Assembly: GCA_965215885.1 (NCBI GenBank)
Contig: CBDCEW010000005.1
Location: 1-16,225 of the forward strand
DNA length: 16,225 nt
Direction: 5' to 3'
Source: Candidatus Moanibacter sp.
GTDB lineage: Bacteria; Verrucomicrobiota; Verrucomicrobiia; Opitutales; UBA2987
This document shows positions 1-8,239 of the stretch, piece by piece. A model generated the notes under the pieces. It searched no databases and had not been told where the DNA came from. It saw only the letters and a program-made list of their open reading frames with translations. Numbering within the stretch: the first letter of the stretch is position 1; every line of letters starts with the position of its first letter. Position numbers and translations under genes: made by a program.

Positions 1-1
1 T

Positions 2-1696
2 GGAGTCGAACGCCACCTGATTTGGATTGCTCGAATCCCGTTGACCACGGCGGCCGAACGCAGGGTTGATATTCTCGTTTCGGGAGTAATAGAGGGATAC
101 ATACTTAACGGGTTTGACTACGATGCCGTATTGCCACAGATCGTCAGTGCTTGTTTGTCCGTCGCTCCGATTGAGGACGCTCCGCGTCCAGCCGGCAGTA
201 CCGGCGACCCGTCCGTCCGCGAAACTGATGGTATCTCGAACATAATACCGCTCCCATTTTGTAGTGCTGAAGCCCGGGTCATTAGCTGAGGAGGTATCGT
301 ATGAATTACTCGGCAGATTATAGAAAGAAACGCCCTCCTCGGAATGCGGGCTCGGCGTGAGCGCAGCGGGGGTCCCGTCGGAAATGTTTACGATGTCAAA
401 TGAATACCCGCGACAAGCGCCATGGGGTGCGCGGGCAGGATTAATTGTCTGCACGTCTGGAAATCCCGGATTGACGGCGAATGTCTGGTCGCCACCCACG
501 AATCCGCAGAGGGGGAATCCGTAACGCTTGGTTGAGGATTCGTTGAATTCGAGTCCGGCGTAGACCCTATTCTTGATCGGGCCGGCATCAAATTCCGCGA
601 CCCAGTCGCTGTAGACGCGGTCGTAGGGCCAGATCCATTGGAAATTAAAAAGGTTCCGCGCCACATCGCCGTTCGCGTTGATCGCCTGTTGGCGCAGTGG
701 CGCCCGCCAATGGGTATGATATCGATAGTGATAACCGACTGATCCGCCGAACCAATCCGTCAGGTTGTAGTTGAGGTCGACCACGACCTCATGACCCTTG
801 CGTTTTTTGAAAGAGGAAGGGCCCTGCGGGTTGGTGCGATGGATGGGATTGCCAAAGAAGGTCGCAGTGGTGCCGTTTATAAGCGGGACATTGCCGTTGT
901 AGTGCGGCTCTTCGTGTTGCATCCATTCGTGGCGGACCGACAATGCAATGTTGTCGTTGATATTCCATTGGAATGATGGTGCGATGCTGATGTGCCTTAA
1001 GCGGTGGGAACCCTCGACGGATCTTTCATCATCCGGCTGAAAGGACCCGTTAACCCGGAAGAGGAACTTACCGTCCGCGTCCAGCGGGGTGTTCACATCC
1101 CATTCGAGACGCTGGGCATTGAAGTTACCCAATTTGCCACGAATAAAACCGAACTTTCCCGGGCGCGCCCGTTTCGTTATCATGTTGATCGTTCCGCCCG
1201 GGGAGGCGCCCGTGGAGGCGAAGAGAACCGCGCTGGGCCCCTTGGCGATTTCGACTCGCTCGATATTGATCATATCCATATTGGCTTCGCTGAAGAACGG
1301 TAATCCGTCGATCGCCACCGTGGAATCGAAACCACGGACCGTGTACCGGTTGCTGTCGTTCAGGGACTCGTGGACACTGGAGCTTCCACGGACGGCGTCA
1401 TATAGCGTATACGCCACGGTGTCATCCATCTTTTGACGGTTGATGACGTCCAGGGCCATGCCGAGATCGAGGAAATTAACAGCTGCTCTCGATCCGGTAA
1501 GTGTCTCACTGGTAACGTAGCCGATATTCTTGGACTCATCGACTGTAAAAGTGGGCAGTTCCTCAATTTCTTGGGCCTCCTCTGAATCCTGGGCGAATGT
1601 AGGAATCGCCAGGACAAGAGAGAAAAGGGATGCAAAGAAGCATCGCATGGTTCCGTTGCGGAACTTGTTTTGTTGATTCAGCGCAATCATATTCAT
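2..1696 (-). CDS. TonB-dependent outer-membrane receptor, 3' end beyond the left edge of the window
   Basis: Manual translation from ATG 1696 gives 565 codons with no stop. It has a signal peptide (…FASLFSLVLAIPTFA/QD), an Opitutae-style N-terminus ELPTFTVDESKNIGYVTSETLTGSR, plug motifs YTVRGF and NIERVEIAKGPSAVLF…GGTINMITK, then amphipathic beta-strands (LEWDVNTPL, FLFRVNG, IAPSFQWNI). Purine-rich AAAGAGAAAA lies just upstream. Alternative ATG at 1690. Confidence 0.93.
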   Translation of the reverse strand, partial: MNMIALNQQNKFRNGTMRCFFASLFSLVLAIPTFAQDSEEAQEIEELPTFTVDESKNIGYVTSETLTGSRAAVNFLDLGMALDVINRQKMDDTVAYTLYDAVRGSSSVHESLNDSNRYTVRGFDSTVAIDGLPFFSEANMDMINIERVEIAKGPSAVLFASTGASPGGTINMITKRARPGKFGFIRGKLGNFNAQRLEWDVNTPLDADGKFLFRVNGSFQPDDERSVEGSHRLRHISIAPSFQWNINDNIALSVRHEWMQHEEPHYNGNVPLINGTTATFFGNPIHRTNPQGPSSFKKRKGHEVVVDLNYNLTDWFGGSVGYHYRYHTHWRAPLRQQAINANGDVARNLFNFQWIWPYDRVYSDWVAEFDAGPIKNRVYAGLEFNESSTKRYGFPLCGFVGGDQTFAVNPGFPDVQTINPARAPHGACRGYSFDIVNISDGTPAALTPSPHSEEGVSFYNLPSNSYDTSSANDPGFSTTKWERYYVRDTISFADGRVAGTAGWTRSVLNRSDGQTSTDDLWQYGIVVKPVKYVSLYYSRNENINPAFGRRGQRDSSNPNQVAFDS

Positions 1697-1886
1697 TGTA
1701 TTTTCTCTTTCTGATTCAGGGTTAGTGTGTGAATTGGACTGTTTTACATTTCTTGGCTCCTCAGACAAGCCGTGCCGCTGTCTCGCCATATTCCAAGATC
1801 GGCAGAGTGTCAGATGGGATCGAAGGGGAGTTCGATATAGGGAAAACAGGAGCCTTTTCGGACGCAGTATTCTTGATATCGGAGCG

Positions 1887-1915
1887 AGATTTGCGATTGA
1901 CGGTTAGTGTGTCAA
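1887..1915 (-). promoter_or_regulatory. Possible sigma70-type promoter/operator for the receptor gene
   Basis: Perfect TTGACA on the - strand (1915-1910) inside a TTGAC-N9-GTCAA palindrome (1897-1915). The -10 at 17-bp spacing is weak (AAATCT). Confidence 0.3.
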
Positions 1916-1934
1916 GACCCTTCTTGCCAGCTTA

Positions 1935-1944
1935 GTGTTGCTCA
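1935..1944. repeat. Left target-site duplication GTGTTGCTCA
   Basis: Identical 10-mer at 3839-3848, each copy directly abutting an IS end. Confidence 0.92.
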
Positions 1945-2039
1945 CAGGGTAAAAGGATTCCAGGAAGCAACTAGCTGATAAGCAAGAAGATAAAAAAAGA
2001 GCTAAACAAACCCGAGGGAATCAGTCATGTTAAGATGGG

Positions 2040-3422
2040 ATGAAAGACAAAAAATCTTACCAACTGAATCCTTCGATAGATCGTTTAACTCTGCGTCTGG
2101 TCCTGCCCGAAGAGCAGGAGCGATTCAATGATCTATTGAAACAACATCATTATTTACACAGTGCGGGCAGCGCAGGAGAGACCCTGCGCTATGTGGCGCA
2201 GATCGACGGGCAATGGATGGGCCTGCTCTTGTGTGGGGCCGCATCCTACCGGCTGAAGGATCGAGACGAATGGATCGGGTGGGACGGGGCGCAACGGCAT
2301 GCACGATTGAAACTGGTAGTACAGAACCGGCGTTTTCTGATTTTGCCCTGGGTGGATCTTGCAAATTTGGCCTCCAAGACGTTGGGTATGTGCCTGAGAG
2401 TCTTAGCCGATCACTGGCAGGAGGCTTTTGGCTATCGTCCCTTAGTAGCGGAAACGTTCGTGGACCCACAGATTCACCGGGGCACTTGCTACGAAGCGAG
2501 CGGGTGGACGCCCTTGGGCTTGAGCGCGGGATATGGCCGCCAACGCGAAGATTTCTATCAACGCCATGAGCGTCCCAAGCAGATCTGGGTCAAACCCCTC
2601 AAGGCTAATGCCCTTGAGCTTTTGCGCGCTTCAGGGCCATTGCCCGCGGCACAGAGCCAGGCGCTCAATGAAACCGATAACTCCCATGCGGTCTGCCTCA
2701 AAGTGGAACAGATGAGCAGCCTGTGGGAACGCTTCAATCAGATAGAAGACTTCCGTCGTAAAGCGGGCCTTAGATATCGGCTCGCCACGGTCCTGAGCAT
2801 GATTGTGCTCGGCACGATGTGCGGCAAACAGACCCTCAAGGGCATCGTGCGCCTGGCCCATCATCTCAATCAAGCCCAATTGCGCGCCTTACGCTCCTGG
2901 AAAAACCCCAAAACAGGCCGCTATAAGGCCCCTTGCTATGATGTCTTCTATCGGGTCTTGCAAAACGTAAAGGCCGAGCTCTTCGATAAAACCCTCACCG
3001 AATTCATCTGCTTACAAGACGGCTGTTTGCCCCGCGATATTGCCGTCGACGGCAAGACCCTCAAAGGCACAAACACCGAAGAATCAAAGGCTCTGCACCT
3101 GGTGGCCGCAGTCGATCACCAAAGCGCTCAAACCTTAGCCCAAGTCGCTACCGCCGATAAATCCAACGAGATCACCGCCGCCCAGACTCTCTTGCGAAAG
3201 ATGCCCATTTTGGACGGCTCCACCTTCACCTTCGACGCCATGCATAATCAAAAAGAAACTGCCCACATCGTCGTCGAAGAACTCAGTGCTGACTATGTTA
3301 TTCAAATTAAAGACAATCAGCCCAACATGCATCAATACGCTCAGAATCTCTTCAGCTCCACCCCCTTTTTCTCCACCAAACCGTGGACAATGACCATGGG
3401 CGACTCGAAATACGTCAAATAG
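2040..3422 (+). CDS. ISAs1 transposase ORF A: DUF4338 (DruA-like) domain + DDE-associated domain + first part of the DDE core
   Basis: DUF4338 motifs HHYL…LRYVA, RDEWIGW, NRRFLILPW, NLASKTL, ETFVDP…GTCYEASGW. ISAs1 motifs DFRRKAGLRYRL, IAVDGKTLKG, KSNEITAA, TFDAMHNQKE, DYVIQIKDNQP. Confidence 0.9.
   Translation: MKDKKSYQLNPSIDRLTLRLVLPEEQERFNDLLKQHHYLHSAGSAGETLRYVAQIDGQWMGLLLCGAASYRLKDRDEWIGWDGAQRHARLKLVVQNRRFLILPWVDLANLASKTLGMCLRVLADHWQEAFGYRPLVAETFVDPQIHRGTCYEASGWTPLGLSAGYGRQREDFYQRHERPKQIWVKPLKANALELLRASGPLPAAQSQALNETDNSHAVCLKVEQMSSLWERFNQIEDFRRKAGLRYRLATVLSMIVLGTMCGKQTLKGIVRLAHHLNQAQLRALRSWKNPKTGRYKAPCYDVFYRVLQNVKAELFDKTLTEFICLQDGCLPRDIAVDGKTLKGTNTEESKALHLVAAVDHQSAQTLAQVATADKSNEITAAQTLLRKMPILDGSTFTFDAMHNQKETAHIVVEELSADYVIQIKDNQPNMHQYAQNLFSSTPFFSTKPWTMTMGDSKYVK
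3361..3370 (+). other. Candidate programmed slippage/frameshift site CCCCCTTTTT
   Basis: Lies in the overlap of ORF A with the -1 frame, which is open from 3311. It falls between the KDNQP motif (frame 0) and the HGRLEIR motif (-1 frame). Confidence 0.6.
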
Positions 3423-3814
3423 CAACCCATTCTCTAAGCGCTCCCTCTGCCGGCCTGCCCCATGCCCGCCAGTTCGCCTGTGTGCAACGCACCTTCCATT
3501 ATCCAAACAAAGCTGAACCTTCCTCTGAACGCTCTTACTACGTAAGCAGTCTCGATCCCGCCGATTTGAGCCCTCAACAGTTCCTCTCGAAAATTCGCAA
3601 CCATTGCTCGATCGAAAATAAAAATCATTACCCCAGGGATCGCTTCTTCGATGAAGATCGATGTATGATCCGTAATCATAACGCAGCCAGAATTCTTGCT
3701 GCATGCAGGCAACTGGTTCTCAGCCTCAAGTCTTCCATGGGCGCTGAATCCACTCCCGCACTCTGTGATGATTTCGTCTTTAACTTACATAAGGCCATCA
3801 ATATCATCACCTAA
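3368..3814 (+). CDS. ISAs1 transposase ORF B (C-terminal DDE part, -1 frame). Predicted fusion with ORF A is 591 aa
   Basis: Motifs DNDHGRLEIR, YYVSSL and IRNHCSIENKNHYPRDRFFDEDR (catalytic E region). The stop at 3812-3814 abuts the right IR. Confidence 0.88.
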   Translation, partial: FLHQTVDNDHGRLEIRQIATHSLSAPSAGLPHARQFACVQRTFHYPNKAEPSSERSYYVSSLDPADLSPQQFLSKIRNHCSIENKNHYPRDRFFDEDRCMIRNHNAARILAACRQLVLSLKSSMGAESTPALCDDFVFNLHKAINIIT

Positions 3815-3838
3815 TGCTCCGAGAATCAAAATACCGTG

Positions 3839-3848
3839 GTGTTGCTCA
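3839..3848. repeat. Right target-site duplication GTGTTGCTCA
   Basis: Identical to 1935-1944. Confidence 0.92.
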
Positions 3849-3915
3849 AGTGGGCATTCCTTGCGGGTTCGAGCCCTGCCGTACGGCCGCGTGATACTAT
3901 CGGTGTTCGAGTGGA

Positions 3916-3980
3916 CGAAAAGCTTCCGCTTTCCGCTACACACTCGGATTCAGTAGGTAGCGGAAAGCGGAAGCTTTTCG
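3916..3980. repeat. REP doublet (REPIN-like): perfect 24-bp inverted repeat with a 17-nt spacer; may also act as terminator/mRNA stabiliser for the GH42 operon
   Basis: 3916-3939 is the exact reverse complement of 3957-3980 (GTAGCGGAAAGCGGAAGCTTTTCG). Each unit is GTAG plus an internal hairpin CGGAAAGC-GGAA-GCTTTTCG. It sits 11 bp past the GH42 stop. Confidence 0.8.
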
Positions 3981-3991
3981 ATTCTTGCCAA

Positions 3992-6868
3992 TTACAATTT
4001 CTCCACTGTAATTGCGAATGTCAGTGGAAAGACCTTCTTATGAATCTGCCGGTAGATTATCTGGCTTACCTTTACATTGCGCAGGGGCACTGAGAATAAG
4101 TCCATATGACCCTCCAGTTGGACCTGCAGGGCCGGCATAACATTCTGCGCAAGGTGATGCCCCATAAAGAAACGGAAGTAGTCAACTTCCTTGAAGAGTC
4201 TCAGAGGATACTTTTGCTTCTTCCGATCCGCGTATTCGATTACATATTCACCGATTAATGCATTATCATTGGTGTTGGTTGACGCAGCCCAGGCGGAATT
4301 GCCCAAAATGTGCAGTTTCTTTCCCTTTCCGGCGACGGGAATTTGAATAACATCGTCCGATTTTTCCGCTACGACGTATTTTAGCATCTCATCGCTGAGC
4401 AGTTCAAATTGCACCCCGAGGGTTTCGATGAATTTCGTCTTGGGGAGGGAAATCTCCAGCCACTGGCCATGCATACAATCATCGCTGCGCATTCCGGTAA
4501 CCTGCATTCTGCGCTTGTCGGATTGCCGGCGCGCCGCCCCCTTCAGATTAACCCGCTGGAATTTATCGGTTGAGATCTTGTCGAGCAGGACAAATTCGCG
4601 CTTTCGGTAACGTCCATCCGCGGCCGTTTTACTCGTTCGGCAAGGCGGTTTTGGATCTTTAGTTACAAAGTAGATCTGGACCTCGGCGGAACTGATGGCT
4701 GATCTGAATTTCGGATTGCCCAGTTTGATTGGGTAGGATTTGGATCCGAGAATCTCGTGGACGTAAAAATCGTCGTCGAGATTGAATCGTTCGGGATCAA
4801 GCTCCACGGTGATCGATCGTTCATAATCTCCAGCTTCGATAACAAACAGGATGGCGCCGTCAGCGTGATTTTTAACCCCCGTGATAATGTCGTAATCGTG
4901 GCCCGACCTGTTTCTCACCGTGACGTGGGGAGAGCATCCCAGGTATTCGAACAGGCTCGCCATTAAATCATAAACCGCGCTCTGCCGGCATGTCGGGACC
5001 AGTCCCCGGGTCGGCTCCATACCCCAGAAAATGCATTGCCCGTTGCCCACCTTGCGAACTGTGAGAACAGGGGTGTCGCCAAATTTGGCAAAAACCTTCA
5101 CGCCACCTTCTTTTACTTCGGCCTTTTGGACACGCGGGTTGGTAAGGTGCCGCAGGTCGATTCTTTCTCCCCGTTCTAAACGGGGCATAGTTGTCGCCGT
5201 GGTAAGCTGATCGGCGATCAGGGTACGCTTCTCCAGACGCAAACCCGTTAAAGCGGCCAGCTTGTTCTTCCGTTGCGTTTCAGCGATCTCGTTGAACTCG
5301 CCTGAGTGCGCTCCCAGAATCAAAGTCCCGCCGTTTTTGACATAGCGGCAGAGACGATCGACGATGTCGGTACTGACATAGTTCACCAATGGTGCGATGA
5401 CGAGAGAGGAGGTCTCAAATTCGTGTGCATCGTGCATGGAGCAGACTTCCCCTCCCAGACCGGCATGGATGAGATAATCGCTGAACTCGCAAAGTTTGTC
5501 CTTCGCTTTCGTGGGGTAGGGCACGTAGGTGATGTTTTCCCTGGTTTGATTCCAGTAACCTACTTCGCGAGGACAGAAAAGTGAGATCCTGTTCGGCTGT
5601 GCCCAGGTAGGCACCAGGACGGGTGCGATGGCCTCGAATTCCCTATTCAGTCGAATATGCTCGGAGAGAGCTTCCCTCTCGTTATCACCGTCCAGCAAGG
5701 CGTAGTAGTTACCTTCCCAGGGGTTCCACAATTCTCTGGTGCCACCCCACTCCCAGACGTTGAGTCCAGTGCCACCCATGGCCTGGATAAGATAGGCCTG
5801 CCGGCGGGCGTGTTCGATAGAGCAGTTTGCCTGGGATTCGTTATTCTGGTAGGGGGGAGGACCATAGCTCTTTGCCATGGAGATAAAATACAAAAATCTG
5901 CCATATTGGTAGTCGTTTTCAAAATTGCATATCTGACCGGAATCCAGCATGTAACCGCTGTTCACCGCCCGGTCGTGGATGGTAAAGTAGCCGTTCATTG
6001 CCTGATTTTCCTCGCAGCCAATGGGGCGCTTATCGATTGCCTTTATCCAGCGGATGCTCTCGCTCCAGAAAAATCGAGAAATCGCCTGTTGAAACTGGTA
6101 CAGATCCCATCGCGAAATTTTCGCGTTAGGTAGTCGGCGCCCCTGGAAATCCGTCGGGATTGACAGTTTAGGCGGTTCCACCTCTTCCCACCTCCGGTAG
6201 CGCCGGCCCCAACGGGTCGAGAGTTCCTTCAAGCTGTAGCGGCTCCTCATCCACGCCCGGAATCGTTTACGCGAGAATTCATCGTACCCGAGCTGGCCGC
6301 GACGTCCGAAAAGCTCAAATTCCCCCATTAGCAGCCAGTAGATGACGGCATCATGGTCAACCACATGCCGGGCGACGGCTTTGGTATGCGTTTCAGCCTT
6401 GCGCATGAAGTCCGGATGACAGGGGAGGGCACCGCATGTATGGTTGCCGTGGGAAGGGGTGGCGTGGGATTTTCCCTCTTCATCCATCCACAGAAAACCG
6501 TTTTTTCTGTACCAGCTGGTCGCGAGTTTGATATAATCCTTTTCAGGGATTTTTGTCCTGCTCGGCACCAGATCGTACAAGAGGCAGACAAAGATCTTCA
6601 GCCCTTCCCCTGCCGCCCGTTCGACAAAGGCGTCGAACATCTCCCAGTCATACCCGCGATCAGTTACCCGGACCAGCGGATATCGCGCATAGACTTCAAC
6701 CGCGGTAAATCCCGCTCTCTTGAGATCACCGAGACTATGCAGTATTTTTTCAGGGTCCGCCGCGGAGCGGTAATGATGGCAGATCGCATGCGCTGTCGTT
6801 ACAAAGAACGGTTTTCCTCTATATCTCCAGTATCCTCTGTCGCCTTCAAAAATTCGCCCTGTTTGCAT
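3992..6868 (-). CDS. GH42-like beta-galactosidase/glycoside hydrolase (TIM barrel + trimerisation domain + C-terminal extension), 958 aa
   Basis: GH42-like segments YDWEMFDAFVERAAGEGLKI, HPDF…VARHVVDHDAVIYWLLMGE, FRAWMRSRYSLKELSTRWG…WEEVEPP, NNESQ, and trimerisation-domain LCRYVKNGGTLI…SGEFNE. SD AAGGAG upstream. No signal peptide. Confidence 0.8.
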   Translation of the reverse strand: MQTGRIFEGDRGYWRYRGKPFFVTTAHAICHHYRSAADPEKILHSLGDLKRAGFTAVEVYARYPLVRVTDRGYDWEMFDAFVERAAGEGLKIFVCLLYDLVPSRTKIPEKDYIKLATSWYRKNGFLWMDEEGKSHATPSHGNHTCGALPCHPDFMRKAETHTKAVARHVVDHDAVIYWLLMGEFELFGRRGQLGYDEFSRKRFRAWMRSRYSLKELSTRWGRRYRRWEEVEPPKLSIPTDFQGRRLPNAKISRWDLYQFQQAISRFFWSESIRWIKAIDKRPIGCEENQAMNGYFTIHDRAVNSGYMLDSGQICNFENDYQYGRFLYFISMAKSYGPPPYQNNESQANCSIEHARRQAYLIQAMGGTGLNVWEWGGTRELWNPWEGNYYALLDGDNEREALSEHIRLNREFEAIAPVLVPTWAQPNRISLFCPREVGYWNQTRENITYVPYPTKAKDKLCEFSDYLIHAGLGGEVCSMHDAHEFETSSLVIAPLVNYVSTDIVDRLCRYVKNGGTLILGAHSGEFNEIAETQRKNKLAALTGLRLEKRTLIADQLTTATTMPRLERGERIDLRHLTNPRVQKAEVKEGGVKVFAKFGDTPVLTVRKVGNGQCIFWGMEPTRGLVPTCRQSAVYDLMASLFEYLGCSPHVTVRNRSGHDYDIITGVKNHADGAILFVIEAGDYERSITVELDPERFNLDDDFYVHEILGSKSYPIKLGNPKFRSAISSAEVQIYFVTKDPKPPCRTSKTAADGRYRKREFVLLDKISTDKFQRVNLKGAARRQSDKRRMQVTGMRSDDCMHGQWLEISLPKTKFIETLGVQFELLSDEMLKYVVAEKSDDVIQIPVAGKGKKLHILGNSAWAASTNTNDNALIGEYVIEYADRKKQKYPLRLFKEVDYFRFFMGHHLAQNVMPALQVQLEGHMDLFSVPLRNVKVSQIIYRQIHKKVFPLTFAITVEKL

Positions 6869-6925
6869 TGATGCTCTCCTTGCGGTAGAAAAATGAAAGT
6901 CTACCCCCTGGGAATCTTCCGGATC

Positions 6926-7972
6926 CTAAGTCCGACAGATACCCAGCTCGGACCTGTGAACGGTGCGGTTTTCTTCGGCGGAAATAACCATCATCTGGCA
7001 CATTGCCATCACCTCGAGATTGTGGTTGCCGCTGATCCCCGGTTCGATCCCCTCTGCAATGTAAGAATGGAAATCGGCCAGGACGCCGGATTCGTTGGGG
7101 GCCTGCGCGAGAAGCACAGCGCTCGTTTCCGATCTTCCCCATTGTTCCACCGGACGATGGCTGAACTCCAGGACCTGCTCGCCGCTTTCATCGGTGCGCG
7201 CCATGACCGCACCCAATTCCCCGTGCAGGCCGCAGTAAGAATCGCTACGCGCCGAATCGTGTCCATGAAAATAGTTGACCACGACGCCATTCTCGAAGCG
7301 CAGGAAGGCGCTGGTGTTGTTCGGGTAGGGGTAGTTGGACCAGGGAGCTTCGAAGGCGTGAGCGGTGAATTCGGCCACAGGACCAAACCAGAACAGAAAA
7401 TTGTCGAAGTGATGGCAAGACATGTCCCACACCGACGCAAAGGGGTAGTTGAGGGTGCGGGGTTCCGGGCGCACGCGATGCTGAATGTAATCCAGCTGAT
7501 ACGGCTCGCCCACATTGGCGGGATCGTCCGCGGCATGCAGGACGCGGTGCAAGGTGCGCTCCACCGCCTTGTAACGATAATTCTGCGATACGCAAAAGAT
7601 GCCGTTCACTTCGCGGGCGTAGGCAACGGCCTCACAGGCGGTCTGCCAATCGGGAGCCATGCCCTTTTCCACGAGAACCGGCAGGCCCCGCTCGAGGGCC
7701 TGTTTTGCCATGGGAACATGATGTACCGTAGGTGTGCAGATGATGACGCAGTCGGCCTCTGCCTTTTCGAGGGCGCGGGTGTAGTCCGAATAGCAATGCT
7801 GGGCCGAAACTGCCGTAAGCTCGCGGCCAGCCTCGAGAGCCGAAGGAACCAGGTCGCACAGGGCCGTAATCTGGAATCCATTTTCCGGGCGGCAGGTCTG
7901 TAAAGGCCATTGGCCCCTCCCCGAGACTCCGACACAAAGAGTATTAAGAATCTTCGTTGCAGAGCCCGGCAT
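6926..7972 (-). CDS. Gfo/Idh/MocA family NAD(P)-dependent oxidoreductase
   Basis: Motifs VGVSGRG, ALCD, DCVIICTPTVHH, VLVEKG, VSQNYRY and DMSCHHFD. Confidence 0.92.
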   Translation of the reverse strand: MPGSATKILNTLCVGVSGRGQWPLQTCRPENGFQITALCDLVPSALEAGRELTAVSAQHCYSDYTRALEKAEADCVIICTPTVHHVPMAKQALERGLPVLVEKGMAPDWQTACEAVAYAREVNGIFCVSQNYRYKAVERTLHRVLHAADDPANVGEPYQLDYIQHRVRPEPRTLNYPFASVWDMSCHHFDNFLFWFGPVAEFTAHAFEAPWSNYPYPNNTSAFLRFENGVVVNYFHGHDSARSDSYCGLHGELGAVMARTDESGEQVLEFSHRPVEQWGRSETSAVLLAQAPNESGVLADFHSYIAEGIEPGISGNHNLEVMAMCQMMVISAEENRTVHRSELGICRT

Positions 7973-8239
7973 GACATTTCACTTAACCACGAAAGACAGT
8001 GCAGCAACCCAAAAGAGTTCAAGAACGAGAAAAAACAACTATTCACCAGGGGCAGCCTCAGAAACGTTAAACAGGTATGAAACCGGAGGCTACGCGACAA
8101 CATGCTTCCGCCGTGCTTTTGAAATGGAGGGCACACCTTCTAGATTGACAGAAAGCCCCTTTTGATCGGAACTCAGAGCTCGATTCCCAGGAATCTCCGA
8201 GGGGAGTTTTCCTTATAATTCACAGCAGCCAATCGTCTC

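Larger units (their letters stand above)
1945..3838 (+). mobile_element. ISAs1-family insertion sequence (1894 bp) carrying a DUF4338-transposase fusion
   Basis: Left end CAGGGTAAAAGGATTCCAGGA and reverse complement of right end CACGGTATTTTGATTCTCGGA match at 14/21 positions. A 10-bp TSD flanks them, and ISAs1 transposase motifs lie inside. Confidence 0.92.

Noticed and set aside
41..1635. Short ORFs listed in the track for 41-1635
   Set aside because: All overlap the continuous TonB receptor frame on the - strand.
2040..2650. Druantia anti-phage system
   Set aside because: The DruA-like domain is inside an IS and fused to a transposase, and no DruE helicase or other dru genes are present.
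3863..3879. tRNA T-arm-like GCGGG-TTCGAGC-CCTGC next to the IS
   Set aside because: No acceptor, D or anticodon arm can be formed, even after removing the IS and rejoining the flanks.
3872..3883. 12-bp inverted match to 10369-10380 (TACGGCAGGGCT)
   Set aside because: Matches of this length are expected by chance in 16 kb.
6893..7903. 336-aa + strand ORF
   Set aside because: Antisense shadow of the Gfo/Idh/MocA gene with no recognisable motifs.
8145..8219. TTGACA (8145) and TATAAT (8214) upstream of the ABC operon
   Set aside because: They are 63 bp apart and neither has a properly spaced partner, so no promoter is called.
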